From Octopus sinensis (Eukaryota), in the NCBI RefSeq assembly GCF_006345805.1, contig NC_042998.1, forward strand, positions 63,426,001 through 63,490,000: 64,000 bases of DNA. Reading direction: 5' to 3'. Positions 12,741 through 25,554 of the stretch are shown here, piece by piece. Each line of letters opens with the position of its first letter. The stretch's first letter is position 1. Made by a program: the position numbers and the translations under genes. The notes under the pieces were generated by a model that saw only the letters and a list, made by a program, of their open reading frames with translations, did not search any database and was not told the origin of the DNA.

Positions 12741-13121
12741 GAGTGTAGGTGTGTGTGCGCATGTGTGGTGTGTGCGTGTGCGTGTGTATAGATATATGTA
12801 CATATTCCATACACGGCACGACAGGAATATATTACACAGCAGGCAATTTCATTGCAAGTCCCTCGCGGAACGGGTGAAAAATATAATAAAGTCGTCATAC
12901 AAATAATGCTTTCCTCACCACCTTCAAATCAAATACGAAACGCACACATACTAAAATAAATAAATTGCATACATAAATAACTGGGAAAACATATAGACGC
13001 CAAAAATGAATATAAAATAAATAAACTTCGACTAAAGGCGGTGCTCCATCATGGTCGAAATCAAATGACTGAAACAAATAAAAGAGTAAAAGAGTAAATA
13101 GAATAAACATCAACAGCAATA

Positions 13122-13144
13122 ACAACAACAACAACAACAACAAC

Positions 13145-13196
<52 letters not shown>

Positions 13197-13244
13197 GAAA
13201 TAATAATAATAATAATAGAAATAATAATAATAATAACAATAATA

Positions 13245-13310
<66 letters not shown>
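13122..13310. repeat. (CAA)n/(AAT)n compound microsatellite
   Basis: Direct reading. Confidence 0.95.
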
Positions 13311-14053
13311 GAGTCATGTGTCCTGTATTTTACTACAATTATGTTTTTATAATTAGTACATGCATGTAGCTGTCTATTCTATAGGAAGTAGGAAGCGCAA
13401 CAGTGTGAATATGCATAACCGAAAATTAATAATGGCGATACAGTGATGCATTAAATGGATTCTAAACAAGAATAACAACAACAGCAACAACTGCAGGACC
13501 AGCACATTAACATCAACGACAACAGCAAACAATCCGGTATCAAACTAACGCCGCCAACAATGTAATAAGATCACTATTAATATTATAAACATCAACCTGA
13601 TAAAATTAGATTGATAAAACCATTGTAAATACAATCTGAAAATCTGCAATAAAAGTCGCTTTTCCAAGAGAGGGTTTTCTAATAAACTAAAATCTCATAT
13701 GTATTATGTATGACTGAATGTTTGTGTATAAATATTTGTATTTATCACATAGAAACTAATATATATATATATATAATATATATTATTATATATATATATA
13801 TATATATAAAAGCATACATGCATGCACATACGCACACATGTGTAAAAATTCACATGATGTGCAATATTCATGGATGTACGTGTCTATGTGAATGTTCGTT
13901 TATATTTATAATATTCAGTCACATAAGCAAAATATATTTATTATTCCAACACATTCAGACACATGTTGCACAAAATCGTATATGCATTATATATGACTGT
14001 ACACACACACACACATATATATATATACATATATATATATATACATATGTATG

Positions 14054-14100
<47 letters not shown>

Positions 14101-14142
14101 TATATATGTATATATATGTACACATACATATATACATACATA

Positions 14143-14193
<51 letters not shown>

Positions 14194-14781
14194 ATACTGG
14201 GAGAAAGGAAAGAAACAAAACGAAACGACGCGAGGGCGCTCAGTCACACAATAATATAATAAATAACATATATACATACATACATACATACATATATGTA
14301 AGTACCTACATCTACATGTATATATACATGCATATAAAAATATATATATGTGACTACAGGACACCACAAATAGACGTAGAACTCAACGAGAAATGAAAAC
14401 ATCAAAACAAGGGAACGGACTTTTTTTAACAACGCAAAAACAGAACACAGGATAAACAACACAAGTAACATTCCCCTTCATCAGCTGTCCCCGGTTGGAC
14501 TCAATGCGTGTTTCGAAGGTAAGGAGAGAACACGCTCGTCGGACGGGTCCTTCCTGCGAGGGAATCAAATAAAATTCCCTTGCAGAGGAGTAAAAACAAG
14601 GAAAGAAAAAAAATGTGACAAGAACAGGACGTAAAAGCAATACAAATAAAAATTACAAATATAAAAAAAATACAGTACACATAAAGAATAAAAACAGGAC
14701 AAAAAAACAAACATTGAGTGCCTTGTTTAGCCTAGATATATATATGTATATATATATACACCCACAGACGCACACGCACAT

Positions 14782-14971
14782 AGGCGCAGGAGTTACTGTG
14801 TGGTAGCTTGCTTCCAACCACACGGTTCCCGGATCAGTCCCACTGCGTGGCAACTTGGTAAGATGTCTTCTACTATAGCCTCAGATCGACCAAAGGCTTG
14901 TGAGTGGCTTTGGTAGTCGGAAACTAAAAGAAGCCTGTCTGATATGTGTATATTATATATATATATATATG

Positions 14972-15010
<39 letters not shown>

Positions 15011-15352
15011 CATATACATATATATATATATAGATATATTATATATACATATATATATACACATACACACACACCACACACACACACACGCACACACACA
15101 TATATATATATATATATATTTAATATATATGTGCGTGTATATGTTTTTCTGTGGTTATCCCCAACATCTCTTGACAACCGATGGTGGTGTGTTTACGTCC
15201 CCGTAACGTAGCGCTTTGGCAAAAGCGATCGATAGAATAAGTACTAAGCTTACAAAGAGTAAGTCCTGGGGTCGATTTGCTCGACTAAAGGCGGTGCTCC
15301 AGCATGGACACATTCAAATGACTGAAACAATTAAAAAAGAAAAGAGTAAAAG
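14782..15352 (+). mobile_element. Full-length SINE family 1 with expanded internal microsatellite
   Basis: Head GGCGCAGGAGTTACTGTGTGG; tail GGCGGTGCTCCAGCATGG..ATGACTGAAAC. Confidence 0.85.
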
Positions 15353-15362
15353 ATATATATAT

Positions 15363-15394
<32 letters not shown>

Positions 15395-15470
15395 GTAACA
15401 TATATATACATATATATATATATGTGCATATATATAATACATATATATACATACACACACACACAAAATA

Positions 15471-15518
<48 letters not shown>

Positions 15519-15529
15519 GTATGTGTGGT

Positions 15530-15750
15530 GTCTGTGATTGTTTATCTGTGTTTTTCCCCTAACATCACTTGACAATGATGTTGGTGTGTTTACGTCCCCG
15601 TAAACCAGTGGTTCGGGAGAAGAGACCGACTGATAAATTAAGTATAGGCTTACCAATAATAAAACCTGGGTTGGATTTGCTCGACTATAGCCGGTACTCC
15701 AGCATGGCGGCGGTCTAATGACTATAACAAGTAAAAGAATAAAAGAATAC
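15530..15750 (+). mobile_element. SINE family 1, 3' half
   Basis: TGTTTACGTCCCCG...CCAGCATGGCGGCGGTCTAATGACT..AGTAAAAGA. Confidence 0.75.
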
Positions 15751-15769
15751 ACACACACACACATACATA

Positions 15770-18700
15770 TAAAACTTAGATAAAACTTAGATATATTTCG
15801 ACTAATGATCGATCCAGGCCATGTCTAACTTAATAGCACCACCTGATAGGATTATTTGAATCCTGTTTAAGTCAAGTTTTGTTTATGGTCCATACAAATA
15901 GTGAGTTTTTGTTGGGTGAGTTGTATCCAATTATGGGTGGCTTATCTGGTATTCCTTGAAGGAATCTATCCAGACTCCGTTTAAAGTTGATGGGATCCTG
16001 TTCCTCTTTGATCTCTTTCGGGACAATGTTAAATAGGGCAGGCCCTGTTGAGGAAAAGAAATTATGTTGTGCTGTGATCTTGAATTGGGCATGGGACGTA
16101 TGGCCCGTGGTCCCAGTCTTGGATGAACCTTGAAGTATGTTCAGGTCTTTTGGGCAAAGTTGGCGGTATATTCTCCACATCGTACAAATGATGTACCGCT
16201 CACGGCGACGCTGGAGAGAGTTGAGTTTCAATTCTTAAAGGCGATCCCAATAATCGAGAGCAGCCATGCCTTCAATTCGTTCAGTGAGTGCTCTCTGGGG
16301 TGATTCAATCCTCGAGATATTTTGTCTTGTATGGGGAGACCACAGTGGGCAGCAGTATTCGAGGTGTGACCGTACAAAGGAGGAGAAAAGTGGTATGATG
16401 ACACCTTGTTCTCTGGACCGAAAAGTTCTTAACATCCAGGAACTCATCCTACGAGCTATATCGACCTTCTTGTTGATGTGTGCACCACTCCAACTGAGAT
16501 CGTCATCAACAATTACACCCAGGTCTCTGATATTTTTAGAGGCTGTGAGCGGTTCCCCTGAAGGAAGAGAGTATGGCTGTTTTAGTGAGGAATTTCTTCC
16601 AAAATGCATCAGCTCAAATTTTCCCTCGTTCAGTTGCATTTTGTTTCTGTCTGCCCATTGACTCACAGCATATAGATCAGACTGGAGTTAAGTTCGGTCT
16701 GCTTCTTCATTGACGATTTGCTGGAGCTTAGTGTCATCAGCAAATAATGTACGACACTGGAAAGGTCGTTTATGTAGATTATGAAGAGTAGCGGACCCAA
16801 GACAGTCCCCTGGGGGACACCGCTAGTGACTTTTGCTTGGCTTGAGTGGACTCCATCAACTACAACATGTTGTGTTCTATTCGCCAGGAAATACTTGATC
16901 CAGTGTAGAACTATTCCACGGATTCCAACATTTGCCAATTTTGAGAGTAGGATATTATGGTCTACCCTGTCGAACGCTTTACTGAAGTTAAGGTATATGA
17001 CATCAGACTTCGAACCTGTTACCAAGGCTTTGAGTATATCTTCAATGTGGTGTAAGAGCTGTGTTAGACAGTCCCTGCCACAGCGAAAGCCATGCTGATG
17101 TGCATTTAGGAGTTTGTGGGTCTCTAGGAAGTCAGCTATCCTTGATCTTAACACTCTTTGAAACACTTTGATGATGTGGGAGGTGAGTGAGATTGGGCGA
17201 TAGTTGAGTGCGAGAGATCTGTTTCCCTGTTTGAAAACCGGGATGACTGACTGGGATAGAAACTGTTTCGGTATATAACCTGCGTCTAACGATTTTCTCC
17301 AGAGGTTGGTCAGAGGGACTGCAAGTTGGTGTCTACATTCCTTCAGGAGAATAGCGAGGAATCTATCAGGGCCTACAGCAGAGCAGTATTTTTACCTCAT
17401 TTATTGCTGCTATGATGTCAGTGTCAGTGAAGGTTATGTCTGAGATTTTATGTTGAGAGTCAACTTCGTTCGCTTCTCTTACGTCAATATCAGTGGGAAC
17501 ACTAAAGACAGAGCAGTATTGTTTCTGCAGTATTTCTGCCATTTCTTTAGCATCGTATTGGGGAATGCCGTTATCATCAATCAATGGCCCAATGGGTGAG
17601 ACAGTGGTTCTATGCTTATTTGCATAAGAATAGAACACTTTTGGGTTCTGCTTGATGTTTTTGATTACCCACTGTTCCTCCACAGCTCTTTGATTTTCAA
17701 TGGAGGTTTTCATGTCGTTCTGCAGATGAAGTTTTTCCAGCTCTAGCCTTTTCATTGTTGTTGAATGTGGATGTTGTATGTGGGAATATTTTAATTGGTT
17801 GATTTTTTTGTTGAGTCTTTTGATGTGCCTGATGAGTGTTTTTTTTTCTTTTTAGGGAGCCGGTTTCTGTTTGTGTTAGTAAATTTCGTGGGAGCGCGTT
17901 TAGAGCATGTATAGGTGACAATGTTTTCAAAGTGCTGCTATGCGGTCTCAATATAGGTGGAATTGAGAGTAAAAGACCAGTCGATGAAAGACAGATCCTT
18001 TCTGATTGCTCCCCAGTCCGCTTTGTGGAAGTTTATGTTGTCAAATGAGTGCCATGGAGTGGGATTGGCTGGTTTCGCTTTTATATGTCGGGAATTAAAA
18101 TTGCAGAGTACCGTGTCGTGGTCTGAGAGGGGAGATTTTTCAACTGAAATACTGTGAACGAAGCTAGAGTGATTGGTCAATACCAGATCCAAGATCGTTT
18201 TATTCTGTCTCGTTGGTTCAAGCACTAGCTGAGTCAGGAAGTATTCATCCATTAGATTAAGGAGCAGTTCTGCTGCTGCTCTATCTGATGTAGAGCATTT
18301 GCCTAACTTCAGAGTATTTGTGGGCCAGTTCACACGAGGGAGGTTAAAATCACCCATCACTAGTATGTTTCCGGAGTTGTACTTCCGAAGGAAGGACTTG
18401 ACTTTGCTAAGGCACTCTTTGTCCTTGGCCTTGCTGAATAGTGATACATATTCACAATAGCCATTGGAAAATATGTCCTTGGCATCAAGTGAAGAGGAGT
18501 CATGGATAAAGATGACTGTCCCTCCCTTATTTCGGTTTGTGCAATCCGCACGAACAATGGTGAAATCTTTTATTTTCACCTCTGCGTCCATATGGGTGTT
18601 GTTCAGGTGAGTCTCGGTAAGGATAAAGAAAGGGAAGCAGTGTGCTGTTTTGGCAAGCCAACTCTCTATATATGGGATCTTCCATTTTGGGGCAATAATT

Positions 18701-19408
18701 GATGGGTTGATGCCACGTACATTTAGCAGGAATGTCGAGGTAAGGGAAGTTTGATGTTTGCATTGTTCTAAGTAGTGTTTTATGTTGTTCAGTGATAACA
18801 ATGTGAGTAGTTCTTGTATGGAGCTGTGTGTGTGATTTTCTTGTTGGTAGTGGGTGTGTGGTCCTTGTGATTTGCATGGGTTGTTGCTGATAGCTTGTTG
18901 GATCTCCTGGCTTAGGTCGGCCTTCATAGTTTCTAGGTAAGTCTGTAAAAAAGAGTTACCTCTTTGGTTTGCCACTTAGTCAGAGGATACATATTTCATG
19001 TTTATGTTATTTGGTGTTATGGTTTTTTCATGGTTCTGCCTTCGTTGTTTGATTATAGGAGGGGAAACGTGGTTGTATTTTATTTTTATTGTTGTCGAAG
19101 ATCTCTGTTGCTGTTTATATTTATTTTGCGATCGTTTTGTGCCCTTCAGATGGTGGTGGTTGCATTCTGGGTTCAGGCACATCCTTAGTGACACAGAAGT
19201 TTGGTACAGTTTAGGATGGAAGAAGGTGCATCCATATTTGGGATCAGGAGCATGGACTCTGTATTTAGGACAGTATTTGGGGTGGAGGTGAGGGCAGTTT
19301 TTTCCCGTTATACCATATGGACAGGTGCCCTTAACAAGTCTACGACGTAAGGTAGGATGGAAAAAAGCACAGCGTCCCTTGTTTTTGGTGCCGCTGGGGC
19401 CAAATCTA
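15770..19408 (-). mobile_element. CR1-clade LINE, decayed: tandem CCCH fingers, APE endonuclease, RT
   Basis: LNVRGI, LTETHL, GDFNLP, ILDLVLTN, SDHD (APE); QHGFR, FSKAFDRVDH, SGVPQGTVLGPLLF, HLEYCCPLWSP, SLQRRRERY (RT/C-terminus); many stops and frameshifts. Confidence 0.92.
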
Positions 19409-20487
19409 CATATATATATATATAATATATTATATATATATATTAATATATATATATATACATTAATTTTTATAATATGCAAATACGTATTGTGTGTACA
19501 TACATACATATGTATGTAGGCATAATGCCCCCACACACCACTCACACACACAGAGACACACACACACATACATATATATACACTTATGTAACATTTACAT
19601 ACATTGGCATATATGCCTGTGTGTACTATACGTGTGATATTTCTATAAGTATACTTGTGTGTTTCTGCTCATGTGGTGGGCAATGTTTCAGTTTCGGGGT
19701 TACGCTGAAATATGGGCTCGATTCTTGAACGTGTCAATATTTTTTACTCGTCACCACAGTGCTTCTTTTCTCTATGCTCAGTCTCTTTACCTACCAGTGA
19801 CAACCATACGACTTTCTCTGATATTCTCACTGCTTCCATTTGTTCAGTTGTCCATGTTTTGCTTAATTGTGTGAAGGGCAAAAGAGTATCTGTGACAGTT
19901 GGAAATCACATGCCCACACAAATCAAAACGGATCAAGGCTTAAGCTGTGACAACAATGGTTATGCAGGTGTGTGTGTGTATGTGTGTGTGTTTGTGTGTG
20001 TGTGTGTGTGCATGTGTGTGTTGTGTGTATGTGTGTGTGTCTGGCTTTCGATATATATACATATATATATATATATATATCGGTGAGTGTGTGAAATAAT
20101 AAGGCACTAAAAGAGAATGATTCTCCCCAGAAAACAAAATATGCTCCATCACACGAGCCCACATAAAAATCTTACAAACCAAATCTAAGTACGAAATAAA
20201 TTAAGCTTTGACCAAGCTATCAAGACTCTGTGTTCTGGTGTCTAAAAAATATCCCAACAGCTTCACTTTATTAAAATATGCATCTCCTCCAAGCTATACA
20301 CGAAATCTGTCAATTCGGTTGTCAACCAGAAAAAGAACGCAGCTCGGATAACAGACAGAGTCAATGAATATTGAAAAGATTGCAACACGCCAGGAAAATT
20401 TTAGGAAAAATCCTCATTATCAGAAACTTTACCGGTGATTGTGTTAAATAATAAGGCACTAGAAATGAAATGACTGTCCCCAGATAC

Positions 20488-20561
<74 letters not shown>

Positions 20562-20642
20562 AGATATATCTATATATATTATCTATATATTAATATATAT
20601 ATATATATATATGTATAATGTGTAGGTGTGTGTGGTATAATG

Positions 20643-21245
20643 TAAATAAGCAGAAAATGGAGGAAACTCTTGATCAACAGCCAAACAAATTGACCAAATT
20701 TGGTTAATAATTTTTTAACACAAAACATTACATAACGTTCCTTACGGCCGTATCAGCTGCCTATGTCAGGCACGAGGCAGCTTATGCCATTCTACACCGC
20801 TACTTATGATATACTTTTCTCCCCTACACCTTTTATTTACTGGTTCATTTTCTTCTTTATTTATGTCTACCCCTGTAACTGTCTTAACTTGCCCTTTGTT
20901 TAAACATAACTGACGAATTGTAGAGATGTGTGGACTTTGGTGTATTCCATTACGGTTGCTCTCTAGAATATTTCAGTAAGTATACAGAGATAGCCCGTAA
21001 AATATTTATCTAGTTTATTTGCATGTTCGCTCTTTTGCCTGTCGACTTCAAATTTTACACTACAAAATGCTATGAATCTAATATATAAAGCGAATATTAT
21101 TTTCGGAATTTTCTTTGTGTAGCAGCGACTGATATAGGCAGCCTAAACGGCCGTAAGAAAAGTTGCGTTATATTTTGTATGAAACTAACCGATGCTGGTC
21201 AATTTGTTTGTTCATCAAAAGTTTTCTCCATTTTCTGCTTATTTA
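20643..21245. mobile_element. Non-autonomous repeat with ~130-bp imperfect terminal inverted repeats, in (TA)n; degenerate hammerhead-like motifs in the arms
   Basis: TAAATAAGCAGAAAATGGAG... versus ...CTCCATTTTCTGCTTATTTA; arms contain GGCAGC-(T/C)(G/T)A(T/A)AC-GGCC-GTA. Confidence 0.65.
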
Positions 21246-21537
21246 AATTTGACTCCTCATAAACTCTTCATTATTCTGTTATTACCTGTACACTAGTGCG
21301 GTTGCATACTCATGTGCGGGCATAGCGCAGGTAAATGATACCGATAGAAAAACGGATACTATTATCCCTTAGATGGTTATTCCAACCGCTAATTCTGCTT
21401 ACCTATGTATGTATATATATATATATATATATATATAGATATTATATATATTATATATATATATTATATATATATATATAGATATAAAAGATAGAAATAT
21501 GTTTCAAAAAGAAAAAAAAACACTACACGTGGAAAAG

Positions 21538-21986
21538 ATATGGGGAAAGTAAGCAGAAAGAAAGCGAAAATGCACATTGACTATAAAAAATAAAGACTTT
21601 TTATGAAAAGTAGCGATAATTAAATTCATTTTTTTTAATTGTTAAAGCGATTCAAAGTCAATCCGATGTCGTCATTGCTGTTCACTTGCTTTGCATGCGG
21701 ACCAATTATCAAACGGTGTCGGGTCTAGTAGTCCCTGAGTAAAAAGTGTGCAAGGGACTAGATGACCGGACACCGTTTGATAATCGGTGCGCATTCAAAG
21801 CCAGTGAACAACAATGGCAACACCGGTTTCACTTGGAATCTCTTTAACAATTCAGAATAATGAATTTAATTACTCTTAATTCTGACTCAGTTCATCTAAT
21901 TGTATTTATTTATCGCTACTTTTCATAAAAAGCTCTTATTTTTTTTATATTCAATGTGCGTTTTCTCTTTTTTCTTCTTACTTTTC

Positions 21987-21992
<6 letters not shown>
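21538..21992. mobile_element. ~455-bp foldback (palindromic) MITE-like element
   Basis: Arms pair from ATATGGGGAAAGTAAG/CTTACTTTTCCCATAT inward to TAGTCCCT/AGGGACTA around a 16-nt loop (21737-21752). Confidence 0.8.
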
Positions 21993-22032
<40 letters not shown>

Positions 22033-22033
<1 letters not shown>

Positions 22034-22290
22034 TTGTGACCAATGCCTTGTGAGTGGATTTGGTAGACGGAAACTGAAAGAAGCCTGTCGTATATATGTA
22101 TGTATATATGTATATGTGTGTGTGTCTGTGTTTGTCCCCCTAGCATTGCTTGACAACCGATGCTGGTGTGTTTAGGTCCCCGTCACTTAGCGGTTCGGCA
22201 AAAAGAGACCGATAGAATAAGTACTAAAAAGGTGGTGCTCCAGCATGGCCGCAGTCAAATGACTGAAACAAGTAAAAGGGTAAAAGAGTG
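22033..22290 (+). mobile_element. SINE family 1, 5'-truncated
   Basis: Body and intact tail hairpin CAGTC-AAAT-GACTG. Confidence 0.85.
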
Positions 22291-22326
<36 letters not shown>

Positions 22327-22337
22327 CATATATATAT

Positions 22338-22383
<46 letters not shown>

Positions 22384-22724
22384 AATATATATATATATAT
22401 ATACATATATACATACTTAGTTCACCTGCTCTCTATGTTCAATTAATCTGCCTGCCTCTACTCTTTGCTACTAATATGAATCCACAGTCCTGAAATATAT
22501 ATGAAACTTGCTGATATATAATTCCAATATGCATGTTGTTGCGAGTAATTAATCAAACGGAGTTTGTTGAGTAATTGTATTAAATATAAATTATATATAA
22601 AGTCCAGTCTAATGACGTAATAAAATAGGTGTGCAACATATGTGCTTATGTTAGTTAAATACGAAAACTTCGAATGTATTAGAAAGAAAGGACGACTAAG
22701 CAAAACATGTGGTTACAGTGCAGG

Positions 22725-22960
22725 GGATGTAATTCATAATTCCCCCGTATTTGCAAAATTTTTAGGGCAAATAAGGGATTAAGAAATAATTCTTAAATTC
22801 TCTTACAGCAGTTTCTAGAATCATTTTGCACATGTTACACAAGACATTGATCAAACATTTCCATATATGCAGTCTTCAGAGTGGAGGAATTGAGGAGCTG
22901 CGTAAATAAAGGATATTTGTTGTTATACATGCCATTGCCGAAAAATTAAGGAATATTCTT
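22725..22960 (-). mobile_element. Possible Tc1/mariner 3' end remnant
   Basis: TACAGTGCAGGGG terminus typical of Tc1-like TIRs; only weak coding remnant. Confidence 0.3.
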
Positions 22961-23029
22961 AGTGAAAGATAATTATAATTAACAGTTCTATCGTCTTCGA
23001 CAATAGAAATAGTGAAATGTATTAAACTT

Positions 23030-24085
23030 TATTAAGGATAGCAAACTTGTTTCTTCCTGACTGATATAGCTGGCTTATAACGAGATCTTTGCTCAAGGAT
23101 CTATGCACCATATGCACAGCTATTGTAGAAAAACATGCCAGAGTGTGGCGGTGAAAACAGAGGAAGTAGGGCTTCTGCCCACATACCTTGGAAGAAAGAA
23201 TTCCAATATAAGGGTAGAAGCAATCCCACCTGATATAGAAGTGGCTTGGGTGGCGGCGGCAGTCCTTGTTGGAAGTGAGAAGGTGGCTGTCCTTCAAGAC
23301 ACAGAAACGGAAGAAGGAAGGTGGAAAGGGAAGACACAAGAACTAATTATACGAGCGGAGGAGTGACAACAGGAGAGTTTAGTTGAGACGGTGACGTTGG
23401 GGGAAATTGTGCTGAGAGTCTGGGTACAGGGCAGAGTATCACGTTGTTTTAAATGTGGCCAAAAGGGCCACATTAGAGCATACTCCCCTCTACAGTGGAC
23501 AATATCAGAGAAAACAGTTGTGGAGACGGAAGAGAAAAGATAGGAAAAGAGGAAAAGGAGGAGGAATGGAGAGTAACAGAGAGTAGAAGGAAGAAGAGAC
23601 AAAAGAAAGAACACTGAGTGTGATGCGGTACTCCAGTCCAACTGCAACCCACCCAAGACTACTCAGACCCATCCTCCCCACACAGACACCAAACTCACCC
23701 ACTCTTTTCCCCAAAGGAAATAAAGAAAAGAAGAGCAGACGCTTCTTAATTTAGAATACCTCCTTCTCCCGGTGAAAAAGGTTACTAGAGTGTGCACTCA
23801 GAGAGCAATAGCGGAAATGGAACAGAGACTAAAAGGAAATTAGGACTCAGAGACGGCGAGTGGTGTTGCTCAGTGTGGGGTGAGTAGCGCACTCTTCATA
23901 TTTTCATCTTCAACAATCACGCATGTTATAATTTTAATTTGTTTTTCATGTTCATTTTCAAGTATCATTCATAATATCATATTGTATTTTTATTTTTATA
24001 TACTTTTAATTGCTATATGACCCCCACATGTGTTGTAGTGTCCCTTCTCTGTAATGCCTTTATGGCAACAATATTGAAATAAAGA
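23030..24085 (+). mobile_element. Non-LTR (L1/Tx1-like) ORF1 gag remnant with CCHC knuckle, joined to a 3'-UTR-like tail with no ORF2
   Basis: PTYLGRKNSNIRVEAIPPDIEVAWVAAAV...GEIVLRVWVQGRVSRCFKCGQKGHIRAY; tail CCCTTCTCTGTAATGCCTTTATGGCAACAATATTGAAATAAAGAA. Confidence 0.6.
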
Positions 24086-24086
24086 A

Positions 24087-24480
24087 GCTTGCATCCCAAT
24101 CATATGGTTCCTGGTTCAGTCCCACTGTGTGGCACCTTGGGCAAGTGTCTCCAACTAGAGCCTTGGGCTGACCAAGTGGATTTGGTAGACGGAAACTGAA
24201 AGAAGCCTGTCGTATGTATATATATATATATATATATACATGTATATACATGTGTGTGTGTGTCTGTGTGTATGTGCGCGCGCGTGTGTGTGTGTGTGTG
24301 CGTGTCTGTGTTTGCCACGCCCATCATGGCTTTGCCAACCGATGTTAGAGTCTTTAAGTCTCCGTAAATTTGCGGTCCGGCAAAAGAATAAGTCCCAGGG
24401 TCAATTTTTTCGAATTAAGGCGGCGCTCTAGCATGGCCGCACTCCGATGACTGAAACAAGTAAAAAAATATAAGAATACA
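24087..24480 (+). mobile_element. SINE family 1, head partly missing
   Basis: GGTTCAGTCCCACTGTGTGGCACCTTGGGCAAGTG...GGCGGCGCTCTAGCATGGCCGC..TGACTGAAAC. Confidence 0.85.
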
Positions 24481-24642
24481 ATTATTAGAAGAAAGGATAA
24501 TTTCAGGATGATATGAAGCTTTCACATTAAATGACGGTGATCCTTTTTTATGATTTGTATTTCCTTGTTATTTTCTTCTACCCATGACGCGTTTCTTTTC
24601 TTTTGTAGTTCTTTCTTTGTAGCTGCTACCTTCTTTACTTTG

Positions 24643-25032
24643 AAGGTGGCGAGCTGACAGAAATGTTGCACGCCAGGGGAAATTCTTAGCGGTATTTCGT
24701 CTGCCGTTACGTTCTGATTTCAAATTCCTCCGAGGTCGACTTTGTCTTTCATCCTTTCGGGGTTGATAAATTAAGTACCAGTTACGCTGTAATCGACTTA
24801 ATCCCTGTGTCTGTTCTTGTTTGTTCCCTCTGTGTGTAGCCCTTTGTGGGTAGTAAAGAAATAGCTATTTCGTCTGCCGCTACGTTCTGAGTCCAAATTC
24901 GGCCGTGGTCAACTTTGTCTTTCATGCTTTCGACGTCGATGAATTAAGAACCAGTTGCATGGGATCGATCTAATCGACTCTCGCTTTCCCCCAAAATATC
25001 TGGCCTTGTGCCTAGAGTAGAAAAGCACATTA
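24643..25032 (+). mobile_element. Dimeric SINE family 2 (full monomer + tail X, then truncated monomer + tail Y)
   Basis: Two collinear bodies; same architecture at 39712-40110. Confidence 0.85.
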
Positions 25033-25109
25033 TTTACCTTGACTCATATATTCTTCCTATAGTACTTCGCGAAAACACCTGCAAATTTCATTAAAAAGCA
25101 TGTATATAC

Positions 25110-25166
<57 letters not shown>

Positions 25167-25478
25167 TACACGTGTATATATATTGGATTAATGAGACAAA
25201 AATTGTCTTCGTTTTTGGAAAGCCTCTATTTTACAAAAACACATATAAAATCTCATAAAAAAAAGCAAAAACAAAAAGCAGGTGAGCAGAAATAGGTTTC
25301 ACAGGTTCTAAAAGATTATGTATGATATTTAGCACTGCACGCTATATTTAGCGCTGCACGACATGCAAAAATGGCAGAATTTGTTCTACAAATATAAAGT
25401 ACACACGCATGCATAAAGAGAAACACATATGCACTCACATATGGACGTGCATATGTGTAACTGTACATTCCTGAGTGC

Positions 25479-25547
<69 letters not shown>

Positions 25548-25554
25548 AAAAAAA

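Noticed and set aside
14400-14600. Scattered CTGATGA, CCGACGA and GAAAC words on the minus strand
   Set aside because: They cannot be assembled into one hammerhead fold; probably a decayed Penelope-type repeat.
16266-18157. Plus-strand ORFs opposite the CR1 (also minus-strand ORFs at 56484-59171)
   Set aside because: Antisense shadows of LINE coding sequence.
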